Source of the DNA: Octopus sinensis
Taxonomy: Eukaryota
DNA: 64,000 nt
Assembly: GCF_006345805.1 (NCBI RefSeq)
Contig: NC_042998.1
Coordinates: forward strand, 70,308,001-70,372,000
Reading direction: 5' to 3'
Part shown: piece by piece, positions 24,991 through 38,849 of the stretch
How the letters are laid out: each line of letters opens with the position of its first letter
How positions within the stretch are numbered: position 1 is the stretch's first letter
Notes under the pieces: model-generated
The model's input: the letters and a program-made list of their open reading frames with translations, nothing else
Databases searched by the model: none
What the model was told of the DNA's origin: nothing
Made by a program: the position numbers and the translations under genes

Positions 24991-26274
24991 CAACCATTTT
25001 TATTACAAACTTGTCATGAGGACACGATCCCTCACTACCATACTACATGGCACCACTTCTGCTACTACATCACATACTACATAACCACCACTAGTACACT
25101 ATACAACACTCCACACTACATAACTATGCTATGTCCTGCACTACTACGCTATGTCCTGCACTACATAACTGCCACTGTGTTGCAAACAATGCTACTACAC
25201 TGATTCATTGAATATCCAGTGTTTGGGGCCAAAATGATAGCAAATTAAAGCAGATATAACAATACTAAGGATGATGATGATGATCCTTCTCCTTTTCCTC
25301 TTCATCATCAATGTGATCATCATCATCATCATCATCATCATCATCGTCGTTGTCATCATGGTCCCATACGAACACACATTTTATGATTGTCTTTAAATGA
25401 TTATCATGTTATCATGTGTGTCTGTAGTATCATGTGTGTGTTATGTTATTATCAATGTATTACAATATATGTGTGCGTGTATGAGTGTGTTTGTGCATGT
25501 ATATACGTATGTATGCATGTTTGTGTGCATGTGTGTATTTGTATGCATGTATGTGGATGTGTTTCTGTGTGTTTCTGTGTGTGTGTACATGTATGTGTGT
25601 GTATTCATGTGTGATATTCATGATAAAATCAACGCTCCAGAATATCTCATCAGCTATTTCTTCTACTCTGAGAGTTTTGATGACTAACAACAACATGGGA
25701 CTCACATCCATTCTAATTACACCATTCTAATTAAATCATTTTAATTATATATCCCTTTACATCCAAATCTGTGATATCTAAAAACAAACAGCTTCAGAGC
25801 AACTGTGGTTTAGAAAGAATGGAACTTTGGACATTTTTTGTTGTTGTTGTTGTTGTTAGCGTATGTATGTATGTGTGTGTGTGTGTGTATGTCAATTTTA
25901 AGGTCACCTTCTCTCGTGATTAATTCTATTTGATCAATGAGAAGGACTCGATCATGGTTTTCTGCTCGTCTTCTCTTCTTAGTTTCACGCTGATGTTGTT
26001 CATATCACATAGATATCATCATCATTATTACCAGCACCACCATTATCATTATCATCATCATTGCTTCAGTCATCATCATCACCATCATTAGCTGCACACC
26101 ACCACCACCACCACCACCACCACCACAACCACTGACACCACACCATCATTGTCATTATAACCATCATCATAGCCAAAGTCATCATCTCATGCAGCAGCAG
26201 TAGCAGCAGCAGCAGCACCACCACCGTTATCGTTGTCATTGCCATTTTAATGTGCATATTTCTGTACTAGTACT

Positions 26275-26520
26275 GGCCAGATGATCTTCCATAGAACAAA
26301 TTGCCTTGTACCATAGCTATTTATCATTTCATCCACGGGCCTAATCAACTAGAGATTTAAACTCCTGGTTTCTTCCTATATCTTCCTTGGTCTTACTCTA
26401 CCATTGATACCTTCTACAGTCAACATACAAAAACCCTTCTTCCCATATCACGTATTGTCTATACTGGCTGCTATCAGAACAGGCCATTGTTACTATCTTG
26501 TATGCATTAGTTTTAGTTCC
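26275..26520 (-). mobile_element. Highly decayed RTE 3' fragment
   Basis: Minus strand resembles the RTE end (VEG..GR.RPRK..EE), with many stops. Confidence 0.45.
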
Positions 26521-26589
26521 ATTTACAGATATCTCTTTTTGAGCATGTTTGCATTTTTGAACATGTTTGCATTTAATTTAGAAGGAACG

Positions 26590-27110
26590 GTGTTGATTAC
26601 ATTTCCTGCCACAGCACACTCATTTATTCTTATATTCTGGAATAGTGGTTTGATAAATGATACTCTTGTGTTTTAGGTGATGTTGACTCTCTCTCTTAAA
26701 TTTACATGTCAACTGATGACTTCCTACAAAAGTTGAAGGTAATCATTGATTACGCACCCTGCTATTGTACGATTATTTATTCTTATATCCTGCAGATATG
26801 TTTATTCTTATATTCTGGATTAGCAATTTGATAAATGACAGTTTTATGTTTTATATCGTATTGCCCATCCCTACCCCCTCCCCAGCCACTCTCCTAAATT
26901 TACATGTCACCTGATGCTTCCTACAAAAGTCCACAATAATCATTGATTACACTCCCTGCAACTGTCGAATCCTTTATTCATATATCCTGTAGAAAGACTT
27001 ATTCTTTTATTCTGGAATAGCAATTTGATAAATGACACGCGTTTTAGATCATATAGACTCCCTCTCTTAAATTTACATATTGCCTAATGACTTCCTACAA
27101 ATGTCCACCA
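26590..27110. repeat. Degenerate about 190-bp tandem repeat x3
   Basis: TTATTCTTATATTCTGGA..TTTGATAAATGA..TAAATTTACAT..CTTCCTACAAA recurs at about 26620, 26800 and 27000. Confidence 0.8.
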
Positions 27111-28943
27111 TATTAGGTTTTATTGGGGCAGGGAATATGAAAGAATGTGATCTTCATCATATCTTTTTCTGGTGAATTATTGACATAAACTGTTGGAATA
27201 ATATTATTGTTATTTGTTTTTATGTCCGGGTTGTTGTCTTCATCTCATACCAATTTACTCAACTATAGAGGAGTAATACCTACTTTTACATATGGCAGGA
27301 TGTTTTATCTGTCCCTATTTACTCAACTATTGAAGGAGTGATTATATGGTTTTTGCAACTGGTTGGACGTCTTTTCTACCACCAAGTTGCTAATTATAAC
27401 TCATGATCATCATTATCATCATCGTCGTTGTCATCATCATCATCATCATCATCATCACCAATGACTAATGAAAACTAAGGAAGACTAAGGTTACATATTT
27501 CCTAAGTTATACTTACCAAAGATTTATCTGTTATCTGAAAATCGTCAACATTCAATGTTTACATCTCACTGCCATTTCTCATCACAAGTTCCATTCATGT
27601 TTTTATGAGAGAAAGTGAGAGAGAGAGAGAGAGAGAGAGAGCAAGGAAGATGGGAGAGAGAGAGCAAGGAAAAGGGGGAGAGAGAGAGAGTTTACTACTA
27701 CCCGATGCTATGCTACCTTCACTGTCTCTATATCTGTCAGGGCACCAAATTGAAAGAGTCAGAGTATTAGAATACCTTGTGGTTGTATATTCAGACTCTC
27801 TGCAAATGTGATATTGTTGAGATCGTGTGTGTGTTTGTATGGTGCATGACATATTTTGGTTTAAAATGACATTGCATGGTGGCGATGTAGGTAGATAGCT
27901 TTGCAGTGTGATAGAGTTAGGTTCTAAGAGTTGACAAGCGAACAAATGTTTTTTTCTTTCTTTTTTCTTTCTATACATAAATGCTCTATTTTCCTCCTCC
28001 AGTTGTGGCATTGTGTTCGTCCCTTTAAAGTTTAATATCTTTTACTGTTAAGAGGTTGACCCTTTCCAAAACACACTGCATCACACTCACACACAATATA
28101 TTGATATACATTCATACATTTATACATACATACATATTTACATGTACATGAAGAAAGAGAATGTGTGAGAGTTGTGTGTGTGTGTGGTGTGTGTGTGTGT
28201 AAATGAGAAAGGAAAATCAATAAAAGAAATTTTCATTGTTGTTGTTGTTGTTGCTGTGTCATTATCTAATTATGATAGTTATTTCTTGGTAAAAGAAACA
28301 TATTCTTGGTCTCTTCTTTTTCTCTTCCCTCCCCCCATCTCTCCCTGCTTTCTTCCCCCACTTTTGGCCCCTATTTGCTCTTCAGCACTTAACATCTCTT
28401 ACACCTCTATCATCAGCACTCCTCATCCCACTACCTCTTTCTTTTGTTGTCGTCGGTGTAGGTGGGGGGAGAGGGGGGAGTGTGGTGCGGCGGTGAATAG
28501 AAGGATGGCATAATGTAGCTGGGAGGAGGAGGGGGATGATGATGATGATGATGATGGTGGAAGTGGTTGTGAGGGGATGATGATGATGGTGCATTAATAC
28601 AGGTCTTCTCTGTGTCAATGATTCTGATGTCATCACTAGGTTGAACTGCAGCTAGGGGTGGTGATGACGATGATTGGGACAGCGGTGGTAATGGCAGCGG
28701 CGGTGGTGGTGGTGGTTGTGATGATGATCAGAGTGATGGTGTGATGGTAGTAATGGTAATGCTGTTGATGATGGTGGTTGTGATGTTGTGATGACGATTG
28801 TGATGTTAATAATGGTAGTGGCAGTGATGTTGTTGATGATGGTGGTTGTGATGTCGTGATGACGATTGTGATGGCTGTGATGGTGTTGTTGATGCTGTTG
28901 TTGTCAGTAGTGGTGGTCTGATAGTGGTATTAGTAATGATGAT

Positions 28944-29170
28944 TTAAGGCGACGAGCTGGCAGAAACGTTAGCACGCCGGGCGAAATGCATAGCCGTATT
29001 TCGTCTGCCGTTTACGTTCTGAGTTCAAATTCCGCCAAGGTCGACTTTGCCTTTCATCCTTTCGGGGTCGATTAAATAAGTACCAGTTACGCACTGGGGT
29101 CGATATAATCAACTTAATCCGTTTGTCTGTCCTTCTCTGTGTTTAACCCCTTGTGGGTATTAAAGAAATA
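28944..29170 (+). mobile_element. Young tRNA-derived SINE (family A) with 18-bp TSD
   Basis: A box TGGCAGAAACGTT, B box GAGTTCAAATTCC, central CCTTTCATCCTTTCGGGGTCGATTAAATAAGTACCAG. CpGs intact. GGTATTAGTAATGATGAT at 28926-28943 and 29171-29188. Confidence 0.9.
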
Positions 29171-29404
29171 GGTATTAGTAATGATGATGCTATTCTTTAT
29201 GGAACCATAAACTCTGCCATGCTGTGGCTGTGATACTGTACCACCAGCAAAGCTGGTTAAGCTAATTGCACTGCCACACGAGGGTGTTGTGAGTGCTACC
29301 CTACGGAACCAGGACAGATATTGATCAGTTCTAACAAACACTTGAGTGGGGCAGGGATGTGTCTCAACCCCTCTACCCTTTTGCACTTTATCTCGGTGTT
29401 ATAC

Positions 29405-29630
29405 TTAACCCTTTAGCATTTAATCCAGCCATATCCAACCCAAATATTTCACCTATTTTATGTTAAAACTGACCATATTCAACCTCTCACAACTACCCTA
29501 TAATGTCATTCTAAAAATATACAAACACCCCACTCAAATCATGTACCTACAAGATAATGCTTGGTTAATTCAAAATGATGTATGAATAAGCATTAGATTC
29601 GACAGAGTAATCTGGGTGCTATAGAGTTAA
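29405..29630. mobile_element. piggyBac-like MITE family 2
   Basis: TTAACCCTTTAGCA...TGCTATAGAGTTAA; related inverted copy at 60688-60919. Confidence 0.75.
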
Positions 29631-29639
29631 AGAAGCTAT

Positions 29640-29900
29640 CAGAAACGTCCAAGAAGACATCAACTGCAGTTGTCATATAGATGGTAAGCTATTCAGGTAT
29701 AAGGTAGAAAGTCAGATTCAGAACCAAGGTTATTCTGTGCACCAATTAACTTTATGCAAAGAATTTCTCAATTGTCGTCCATTCCAGAGATGACTTACAA
29801 CCACTACCAAATAAACTTATGACAGTGACAATTATCTACAGTATAGTTCTCCACTCATTGGGCCACAAAGCAGTACCAGACCATGGACCAGTATCAGGCT
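29640..29900 (+). mobile_element. Decayed RTE (BovB-like) RT core fragment
   Basis: DGKLF then, after a frameshift, RTKVIL...LYAKNFSIVVHSRDDLQ, resembling DGKLF..RTKV..LLYADD..VAHSEEDLQ. Confidence 0.5.
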
Positions 29901-29989
29901 ACAGGAGAAAGCATAAACTTTAAAATATCTTTCTATTTCATTGAGCATTGCAGTTCTCAGGATGTTTTTACATAATGTATGTATTATAT

Positions 29990-30265
29990 ATGTCGGCTGT
30001 GGCAGCTTTGTCTTGTATCCAAGGATTTATTTTCTTCTTTGCGGGACACTTCCTTTATGGTGATGCCATTGATGATTAAGTAGACCAATTCTTGCATAGA
30101 AGCGTCGATGGCATTGACTACATGGTTACGTTGGTGGAGGATGAGGTTCATTTTGTGGAACCTTTCTCTCCTGCTGTTTGATTTCTTTATTTTCTCTTCT
30201 GGTGGCTTTGAAGTTTTTGGTTCTGATGGTGATGGAACACTGCCACTTGGTACAGTCCCTTTGAA
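29990..30265 (-). mobile_element. RTE 3' end with C-terminal zinc-finger-like motif
   Basis: Minus strand [32 protein letters not shown]...[22 protein letters not shown], matching the RTE CxxC..F.ARIGL.SH.R.H terminus. Confidence 0.65.
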
Positions 30266-30289
30266 GATTATATATGTAATATATATGTA

Positions 30290-30868
<579 letters not shown>

Positions 30869-30874
<6 letters not shown>

Positions 30875-31394
30875 AAATCCTCGAGTATAATCTGCACTTT
30901 CTCCCCAAAATTTAAAGGTCAAAATCCCTAGTGCGTACTATATATGAGGCTAAAAATGAAAAATATTTTCTAAGCAATGTCTGAGTCTCTGTTTGCTGTC
31001 CGGCAATGTTTATTCAGATGCATTTTGTGATGTCGGGCGCGAAAATACCTTGAGCTAAGCCTGAAAGCAATGAAGTCATAAAAGAATCATCCATAACTTG
31101 CAGTAAGCAACATTTATTAAAATAAAAGTATTCAGAACACAGAATAACATGTAACAAAAACAATTTGCAAACATATTTACATTCCCATATAACAGTTAAA
31201 AACATCACCATTATTGTATTACGCATGCGCGGAAGTGTTTGTTCGACTAGGTGCTGCTGGCTTAATTATGCACGACTCAAGTTAGAGAAGTGGTGTGTAT
31301 TATACACAATGTTTAGGTTTTCCAGAGGTACAGCCCCCTAAAAATCCCCTACATATTATACTCAAGGGCGGACTATACTTGAGGATTTACGGTA
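30869..31394. mobile_element. pogo/Tigger-like non-autonomous DNA transposon
   Basis: TIRs TATTGTAAATCCTCGAGTATA and TATACTTGAGGATTTACGGTA (TACCGTA-type end), TA flanks. Confidence 0.75.
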
Positions 31395-32569
31395 TATATA
31401 TATTATATTTGTAATAATTAGATTACATATTGTGCACTTTGTTGTGATTTGTTATGTGCTTGATCCCCCAGTCTGTGGAAAAATTGCCTTGCATGAAACT
31501 GGTCTGTGGTGCAAAAATGACTGAGGATTGATGATCTGTGTTATGTCAATCAACTCTAATAAGATAGATGTTATGCTACAGAACATCTCTGACTAGCTTG
31601 TTACCATGCCAACCATTGTCATCAGCAGCATCATACTAGGAGCTATTAAATGTTACAAATACTCAGTTTAAGTTACATCTTAAACAGTGCTTCAATGGAC
31701 AAAGAAATATATTTTTTGGAAGGAAAATGTTGACAGTGACATCGAAGTTTCTCTGTGGGTTGGTTTTGTGAACAGTCTGATAAAGCTGGCCCCATGGTGA
31801 AACTTCCGAAGTTGTTGTCAACTTCTTGCTTTGAAAAATAAATTTGATACTCAGTTTATATGTATTGATGCTGACGGTGGTGGTGATAGTGACAATGATG
31901 GCGGTTGTTATAGTGGAAGCTGAGATGATGTTCACGATGTGGTGATGATGGTATATAATAAAATAAGTGACAGTCACTGCAAGAAGTATATTAAGCAAGT
32001 CCTTAGAGCAGTCATAGGAAGAGTAGCAAAAGTTACGGCAGCAGCAACAGCAGTTCAGTCATAACAACAACAACAATCATAAGATTAGTCATGGCATAAC
32101 AATAACAATTTAGTCATAACAACAGTATCATGACACAATATCAGTGTTAGTAAGAATACTAGATTACAACAGTCATTACTGCTATCATTAGCATCAACCC
32201 TGCCACCTCTTGTCACCACCGCCACTACTACTACTACTACAGTACAACCGTCACCATTGTGATGACCAATTAACACTACAACCTCCACTATCAAGAACGC
32301 CACCATCACCATAAATCCAACTAAATTAACACAATGCTTCGCACAAACGGTAATGGCAGCAGTAAAAAAAAAAAAGACAGGAAGAGGGGGTTGATTCCGT
32401 CTCCCCTCTTCCCCTGTCACTGTCTCATCACCTACATCACCCCCCCCCAACCTATGGTTGCAGTGTTTATGTTATGTGAAGATAGGGTGCAGGGGAACAA
32501 CAGTAGCTGATAGGGTGGAGGATGAGTTATAAGGTCGGAAGTGTTTTGTCACAGAAACCAATTACACAC

Positions 32570-33950
32570 ACACTCACACATACACGCACACACGCTCGCG
32601 CACACGAGTTCCCTTCTCAAGCCTTTCTTTATCACCTTACACCTTCACATGTCGGTCTGCGAGTCTGGCCGATTAAAATATGCCTTTCTGTTTCACTCGG
32701 TAGAAAGCAAGTGAATGGAGGTTAATATCTATCTATCGGCACACACAACACGCATGTGCACGTGTTTTGTTTACAAACAAAAGAAAAAGTACTTTATAAA
32801 CGATGTAGAGTTTATATTTATTAGGAAAGACCTAATTGATTCACTCAGTTTTCCACTCTACTCGCTTTCATTCAGGTAGTGGTGAAATGAACTGGAAATG
32901 CATTGATGGGATATTGGTTCAGACCATTCTCATTGGTTGAGACTTGTCAGGTGGTAGTTTGCTTTAGCTAGTTGTAGATAACTTTGCCGCTGTTAATTTA
33001 TTGCGTTGTTGGGAAAGAACACTTAAACTGTAATGTTTGTTGTGGATCTGATGATTATGGAAATTCTGCGGGTACTTTAGACAGGTGGAAGTTGTCTAGA
33101 AAAGATGTTTCTTCTGTTCAGCAATATCGTTGACTCTTTCAGGATCTGGAATCTACCCAGTCAAACAGCTTACATTTTCATGTGCCATTCTTATAAAGAG
33201 TAGCTCTTTTCGTGATGCATTAAGTTATTGAGGTCACGTACAGATCTGTATTTTTTTTTTTTTTTTGTTAATTTCGAAACGAATTAGGACGAAGAAGCGA
33301 AATTCTCTTTGTTTTTCTGTCTGAATCATCGTTATTGTTGGTTGTATCGGTCTTTGAGCGTGTTTGCAGCGAGTCTCGTTTAATACATTGCTTTGGAGAA
33401 GCACGCTCCTCTAAGCGGCTAGATTGAAAAGCTTATGTAATAACAAGTTGGTTGTTGGGCTAGGAGCTATCCTAAACAGTAATGTCAGATCTAAGAATCA
33501 ATGTTATCAAGACAAGAACTGTCGACATTAACGTTATTAGCGTTGAAGACTTTGTTGAATTTGCTCTTATGTGAAAAAAAAAAAAAAAGGCGTCTTATTG
33601 GGGATAAAGAATTACGATCATTGTTGGTGGCTACATCCATGCTAAATGGAGGATTGGACTAGATTATTTTCCTCTTGTTGTGTAGAAGTGTTCCTTCGTA
33701 CATATTTCTTTTTAAAATCACTTCTTGATTTTGCATTACTGAAATAAGCGTCAATCCTGTTAAAATATTACTGTCTGAGGATAGATTACAAACTCTTGGA
33801 ATTTTTGTGTATGTACATGGTTTCCTCGTTTGTCTTTCTGTATGGAGAGTATCTTCCTGTGGTGACATCGTGTATGATATTCAAAGCATTCGCTAAAACG
33901 TTTACAAAAACATGCGTGCCTACACTTATTCGATCTTTAAGGTTTCTGAA
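32570..33950 (+). promoter_or_regulatory. CpG-retaining unique region; putative promoter or long 5' exon ending at donor GAA|gtaaga
   Basis: About 40 CpGs by manual count in about 1.4 kb, against a handful per kb in most flanks. Almost repeat-free. Donor at 33951; acceptors at 32876 and 33143. Confidence 0.35.
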
Positions 33951-34930
33951 GTAAGAACGTAATGAAATGTCTGATATTTAATCTTAACCTCTACTCTTAT
34001 GTGACAATGGTTTCTAACATGAAAATAAATTAAAAGGATCATTGATGAGTTTCTTTCGTGCACTACAAATAATGACCACATTCCTCTCAAACCATTACAG
34101 GAAAAACAGTCTTGAATATGCAAAAAGACGGACTTGTCATGGCTTGAACGATGGCGATCAAAAGTGATCTACAGCTAAAAAATAATAGTTCCGGAATGTT
34201 GAAATGCAAAAATTAACCTCCCTGGAATTCGAACTCAGAGCGAAAAGGGCAGTACTAAGTACCACAACGCACATACCAACTTCTACTTAGCTGTAATTGT
34301 TAACAATGGTTACAAAGTTTCAAATTTGAGGTAAACGTTTCAACGATTAAATCAACTCCTGTACTTCTCTGGTACTTTAGTTTATAAACCCTAGAGAGAT
34401 GAAATACGAAACTAACCTCCTTGAGATTTGAACTTAGAATGTAAAAGACTAACATCGGGGCTAACCTCAAATGTTTATAGCTACACGGGGCATTCCAAGG
34501 CAAATGCTAAAAACGTATAGATACACAGGGGGTACATCAGAACAAAAGGCCTCAAATTCCCCACATATAGTTGCTTTCAGTTTCCGGTTCGACTTATCTG
34601 AATCTAAAGTCTTCCATCAACGTGTTACCAACAGCAGCAACCCTAAATTACTTTTCATAAAACTCATTTGACTGAAGCTCAGAACTTCTATCTTCATCCT
34701 CACTCAGAGAGAGAGAGGTGGGGTGCGGTTTATCGTTTTAAACCGGTGTTTTGGGAACTTTGGACAGTGAAGTCTGTTGTAATACTCTCGTCTGTTCCAT
34801 CGCAACATGCTGAATGAGCGTTACATTGTTGTTTAACCCCAGGTAAGCCTTAACTGAAAAGCAATGATAAAAAGCGTTCCAACTATGACCATCTTGTTCT
34901 TCTTTCTGGCAATGTGTTTCTAGAACTATA

Positions 34931-35182
34931 TTAGGATCTTTTCGGTTTGAACGGCAGTTTTTAACATAATTTCTAGGTAACTAAAAAATTTTTAACTTCG
35001 TATACTTGTAGAATGTGTTTATAAAACATAATTTTCTCTTGGCTTTCTTGAGAAAATTCTGTAGTTTGTAACATATTTGTAATAATGTTTGTAACACATT
35101 CTACCAGTATACGAAGCTTAAAATTTTTTAGTTTCCTAGAAATTATGTTAAAAACTGCCGTTCAAACCGAAAAGATCCCTAT
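34931..35182. mobile_element. Foldback MITE with about 85-bp TIRs, TA flanks
   Basis: GGATCTTTTCGGTTTGAACGGCAGTTTTTAACATAATTTCTAGG... mirrored at 35095-35180. Confidence 0.9.
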
Positions 35183-35599
35183 ATTATTTAATGTTTCGCT
35201 TTTAACTTGAAGACGGTAGAGTGTAATTTGAGAGGGATTTGGTTGCCGTTTCTAGCAGATTGAGCGATTGATCACATAGCGACTCGAATGTAAAATGGAT
35301 GTGTGATGTAGGTGACGGATATTTAATGTAGCATAATAAAAGATGGAATGCGTTCGTTAGATGTCTCTTTAATGACTAAATATCATTGATACAGGTCGTC
35401 TGATATACTACACACACACACACACCCGAACACACGCGTTCATTATTTGTTATATTACATTAAATGTCCGTCACCTGCAATAAGGCTAAGGTTATTGTTA
35501 TTAATTTCCACACCTTTATTGTATACATAGCACATTATGTTTGTCTGACTGTGAACTATTGATGTCTGACCGACATTTGTCATTTCATTCACTCCCAGT

Positions 35600-36830
35600 C
35601 TGTCCGTGTATATATCTATAACTGCCTGCTTTCACTTATACTTTCTGTCATCGCACTCTATCTCTGATGTCTCCAACACTCACAGCGTGTCTGTCGTCTG
35701 TTACACTCACACTCAATCTCTCATACACTGTCACACTCGCATTGTGTCTTTGTTGTCTGTCACACTCACATTAATTATGTCTGCCGCTTGTCTCACTCAC
35801 ATTGTTGTGTTTTTGTCGTCTGTCACACATTGTCTCTGTCTTCTACCATTCACAACTATCTCTGTCGTCTGCCACTCTTCGTTCACTCTCTGTCATCTTT
35901 ATTATGTCTCTATTACACTCTCACATATCTTTATCATGTCATACTCACTCACACTCATATACCGTACCCGACTGTCTTCTCTCTTAGTTTTCCCCCCCAC
36001 TCTCTCTCTTTCTCTCACTCTGTCTACTTGAATCGATCACTCAAACACTTGTTTATATTTTATCGTTCGGCTGTTTCAGCAGACATCAACACAACAATCA
36101 CCATCACCAGCATCACCATTATCACCAGCATTACCGTCATCTCTATCATTATTTATACAACAGTCACCATCACTTCGAATATATCCAACAATAAACATCA
36201 TTTCATAATCACTATCACAATCACCACCACAAAGCTGCTGCTGCTGCTGCTGCTACTACTACTACTACTACCACCACCACCACCAAAAATAACATCTACT
36301 TCCTTCAATTCTGTCTCTATCATTCTAATTTTCTTTCACTCTTCTCTCTGTTATCTACTCTGTTTGTCTCCCTCTATCTTCTCTCTCATCTCTTTCATCC
36401 ACAATTTCATTTCTCTCTATCCCTCTCTGTTCCTTATCCTCATCCTCTCTCATCCAACGAGTCGATCGCACTTTCTCTCTTGGATTTTACTAACATTCTC
36501 TCTTCCTTTTCTCTCCTCTTCTCACACTATCATCTCGGTCCTCCTTCTCACATTCTCGTCTCTATGTTCCTTTTTTTTTTTTTTTGACAATCTTCTTCAC
36601 TCTCTCTCTCTCTCTATCGATTCTGTCCTTCTCTCACATTCTCTTTATCATCTATATCCCCTCTGACATTCTCTCTCTTTCTATCATCTGTACCTTTTAC
36701 TTCCCCCTCAAACACTCTCCTCTTCTTTGATTCCTCTCCCCGTATTCTCTCTTCCTATTCCTCCCGTTACTCATTCATTACTGCTATTGTCTTTTAGCTC
36801 GCCCCCCTCTCTCATGCTCTCTTCCTCTCT
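35600..36830. repeat. CT-rich low-complexity tract
   Basis: Direct inspection; strong pyrimidine strand bias. Confidence 0.8.
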
Positions 36831-37014
36831 GACACAACTACCACTAACCTACTTTTAGACCTCCCCCACCCCACTGCACCATCGCCATCAGTAGCAGCAC
36901 CATCACTACTGCACAGTTGCTATATAAGATAGACAGACAGGCGAGACATGGCCCTCTGGCTACAGACACAGTAACAATAGTAACAGTAGTAATAGTAGTA
37001 ATAGCAGCAGAAGC

Positions 37015-37046
<32 letters not shown>

Positions 37047-37204
37047 CCGCAGCAGCAGTGCCGTATCTGTAGTAGTAGCAGCTGCAGCAGCAGTAGTATT
37101 AGTAGCTGCGATAGTAGTGGTGGTGGTAGTGATGTACAAAGTGATTCACTACTGGCTGGCTGGCAGGCTGGCTGACTTCTTAACCCTATTGCTTTCTGTA
37201 TTAG

Positions 37205-37244
37205 CTTTACTGAGGAGGACAACAGCCAGAAGTATGAGGGACGG
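37205..37244 (+). CDS. Candidate 40-nt exon (xFTEEDNSQKYEGR if phase 2 to 0; xLLRRTTARSMRDG if phase 1 to 2)
   Basis: Branch-like cttaac, pyrimidine tract ctattgctttctgtattag|C, donor CGG|gtaagg followed by G-runs. Purine-rich unique patch amid trinucleotide repeats. Frame not resolved. Confidence 0.45.
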
Positions 37245-38149
37245 GTAAGGGGGCTGGGGGTAGCATTTGGTGGTTGTTTTGATGGGTAGATGGTTGGAGT
37301 AACTAACTAAAGGATAATAGTTATAGCAATAACCAGAACTACAACAGAAACAGCAGCAACAACAACAATGGCCAAGGATGGAAATATTTGCCATAATTTA
37401 TACCACATCAAACCTAGTAACTATTGCTACTGATATCATTTTATCAGTGTGTGCGTGTGTGTGTGTGTATGGTATCACTGTATGAAACCCTGTTAATGAC
37501 TATATCAAGCCAGCTATTTATATAATACTTGCTAATGATATTGCTGTATCAAATAATCCATCTTATATGTAATGGTTGCTAATGATATCACTATATCAAA
37601 CTATATATCACCATCATGAGCAGCAGCAGCAACATTATCATCGTTATCGTCATCATTTAATGGTATGGGTTTGATGGCTTGATGGGATCCAACAGAACAG
37701 AAGGACCTCATAAAGCACCACTGTCTGCATTAGCATGGTTTCTACTGGCCGGATGCCCTTCCTAATTGCAATCACTTTCGAAAGTCTACTGGGTGCTTCT
37801 TTTGTGACACCCACACCAGTGAGGACACCAAGTAACTTATGAGACTAAAAGAAAATATAAGCCCCCTCCCCCTCACCTCAGCCAAATGGGGAGTTGTAGA
37901 AGAGAGGGAGGTAACTCTATGCCAGGTGTTGAGAGGCTTAAAGTATGACAGAGGGACAAGCATAGGTGTTTTGCAATAGAAGAGATACATGGCTACTTCA
38001 TGCTATAAAGGAGTTCATAGAAATAGCTGGGGAAAAGATAAACATCTGGGTGATGGAATGTGAGAGCATATTCTCAAGATACAAGATGAGTGTAAGAGAG
38101 AATATGAGCTGAGGATTGGAAGGTTGGTTAGAAATGGGTGTAGCGGTTA

Positions 38150-38620
38150 TTGTAGTAAATAATGTTTAAGGGTGGAAGTGTACTTGATGGTAAATATTAG
38201 TATCGGGGTGAAGCTAACCGAAATAAACTCAGGAAGGAGGAGGTGATGAGAAGTTGTACAGAAAGGGTGGAGAGTATAATGAACCTGCAGATAGATTGGA
38301 AAATAGGGAAAACCTATAGATAGATCAGAAAACAGTGAGATGATGCGTGGATGGCGACGTGTGGAAGAGAGAAGGATGTACAGGGGCAGAGATGGAGGTC
38401 AGAGGTATGTAGTGGTAGTTATAATGAGAGGAGGACAGAGGTGGCAGGCATTGCAGGAAGATTTAGGAGGGTGTTCAGAGCAACAGCAGATATGTTAAAG
38501 ATGAAGTATGGCAGTCTTAAGTTGTAACTCAGAGGAGAGGTAGAGATTGCTAGAAGCACAGGAAAGTAATCAGCAGAAAATAAAGTGAGAAAGGATGTTA
38601 TTGAGAATGAGGGATAGATG
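38150..38620 (-). mobile_element. Very old CR1/L2/Jockey-group LINE 3' fragment
   Basis: GA-rich plus strand; minus translation loosely resembles the CR1-group C-terminus; heavily degenerate. Confidence 0.3.
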
Positions 38621-38632
38621 CTAAAGGAAGTG

Positions 38633-38677
<45 letters not shown>

Positions 38678-38849
38678 ATTAGTAATACAAAGGAGAAGTA
38701 ATAAGTGCAGATTTTGTTATCATATGGTTTCAGCACCTGAATAATACCATAGTTAAATGAGCGACAGGGATGAATATGAGAGGTAGGGAAAATGACATGG
38801 ACATATCAAGTGTAGGAGTATGACCCAGTGAGACTATAGATGTAGGCCA

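Noticed and set aside
28947-29040. tRNA gene
   Set aside because: A and B boxes are present but continue into a SINE body repeated more than 20 times in the window; no complete cloverleaf.
32876-33200. Good acceptors at 32876 and 33143 as coding exons
   Set aside because: All frames hit stops before a credible donor; kept only as part of the CpG-domain finding.
35788-36666. 292-aa ORF, the longest in the track
   Set aside because: It lies in a CT-rich low-complexity tract with trinucleotide runs; S/L/F/I bias; no domain or splice support.
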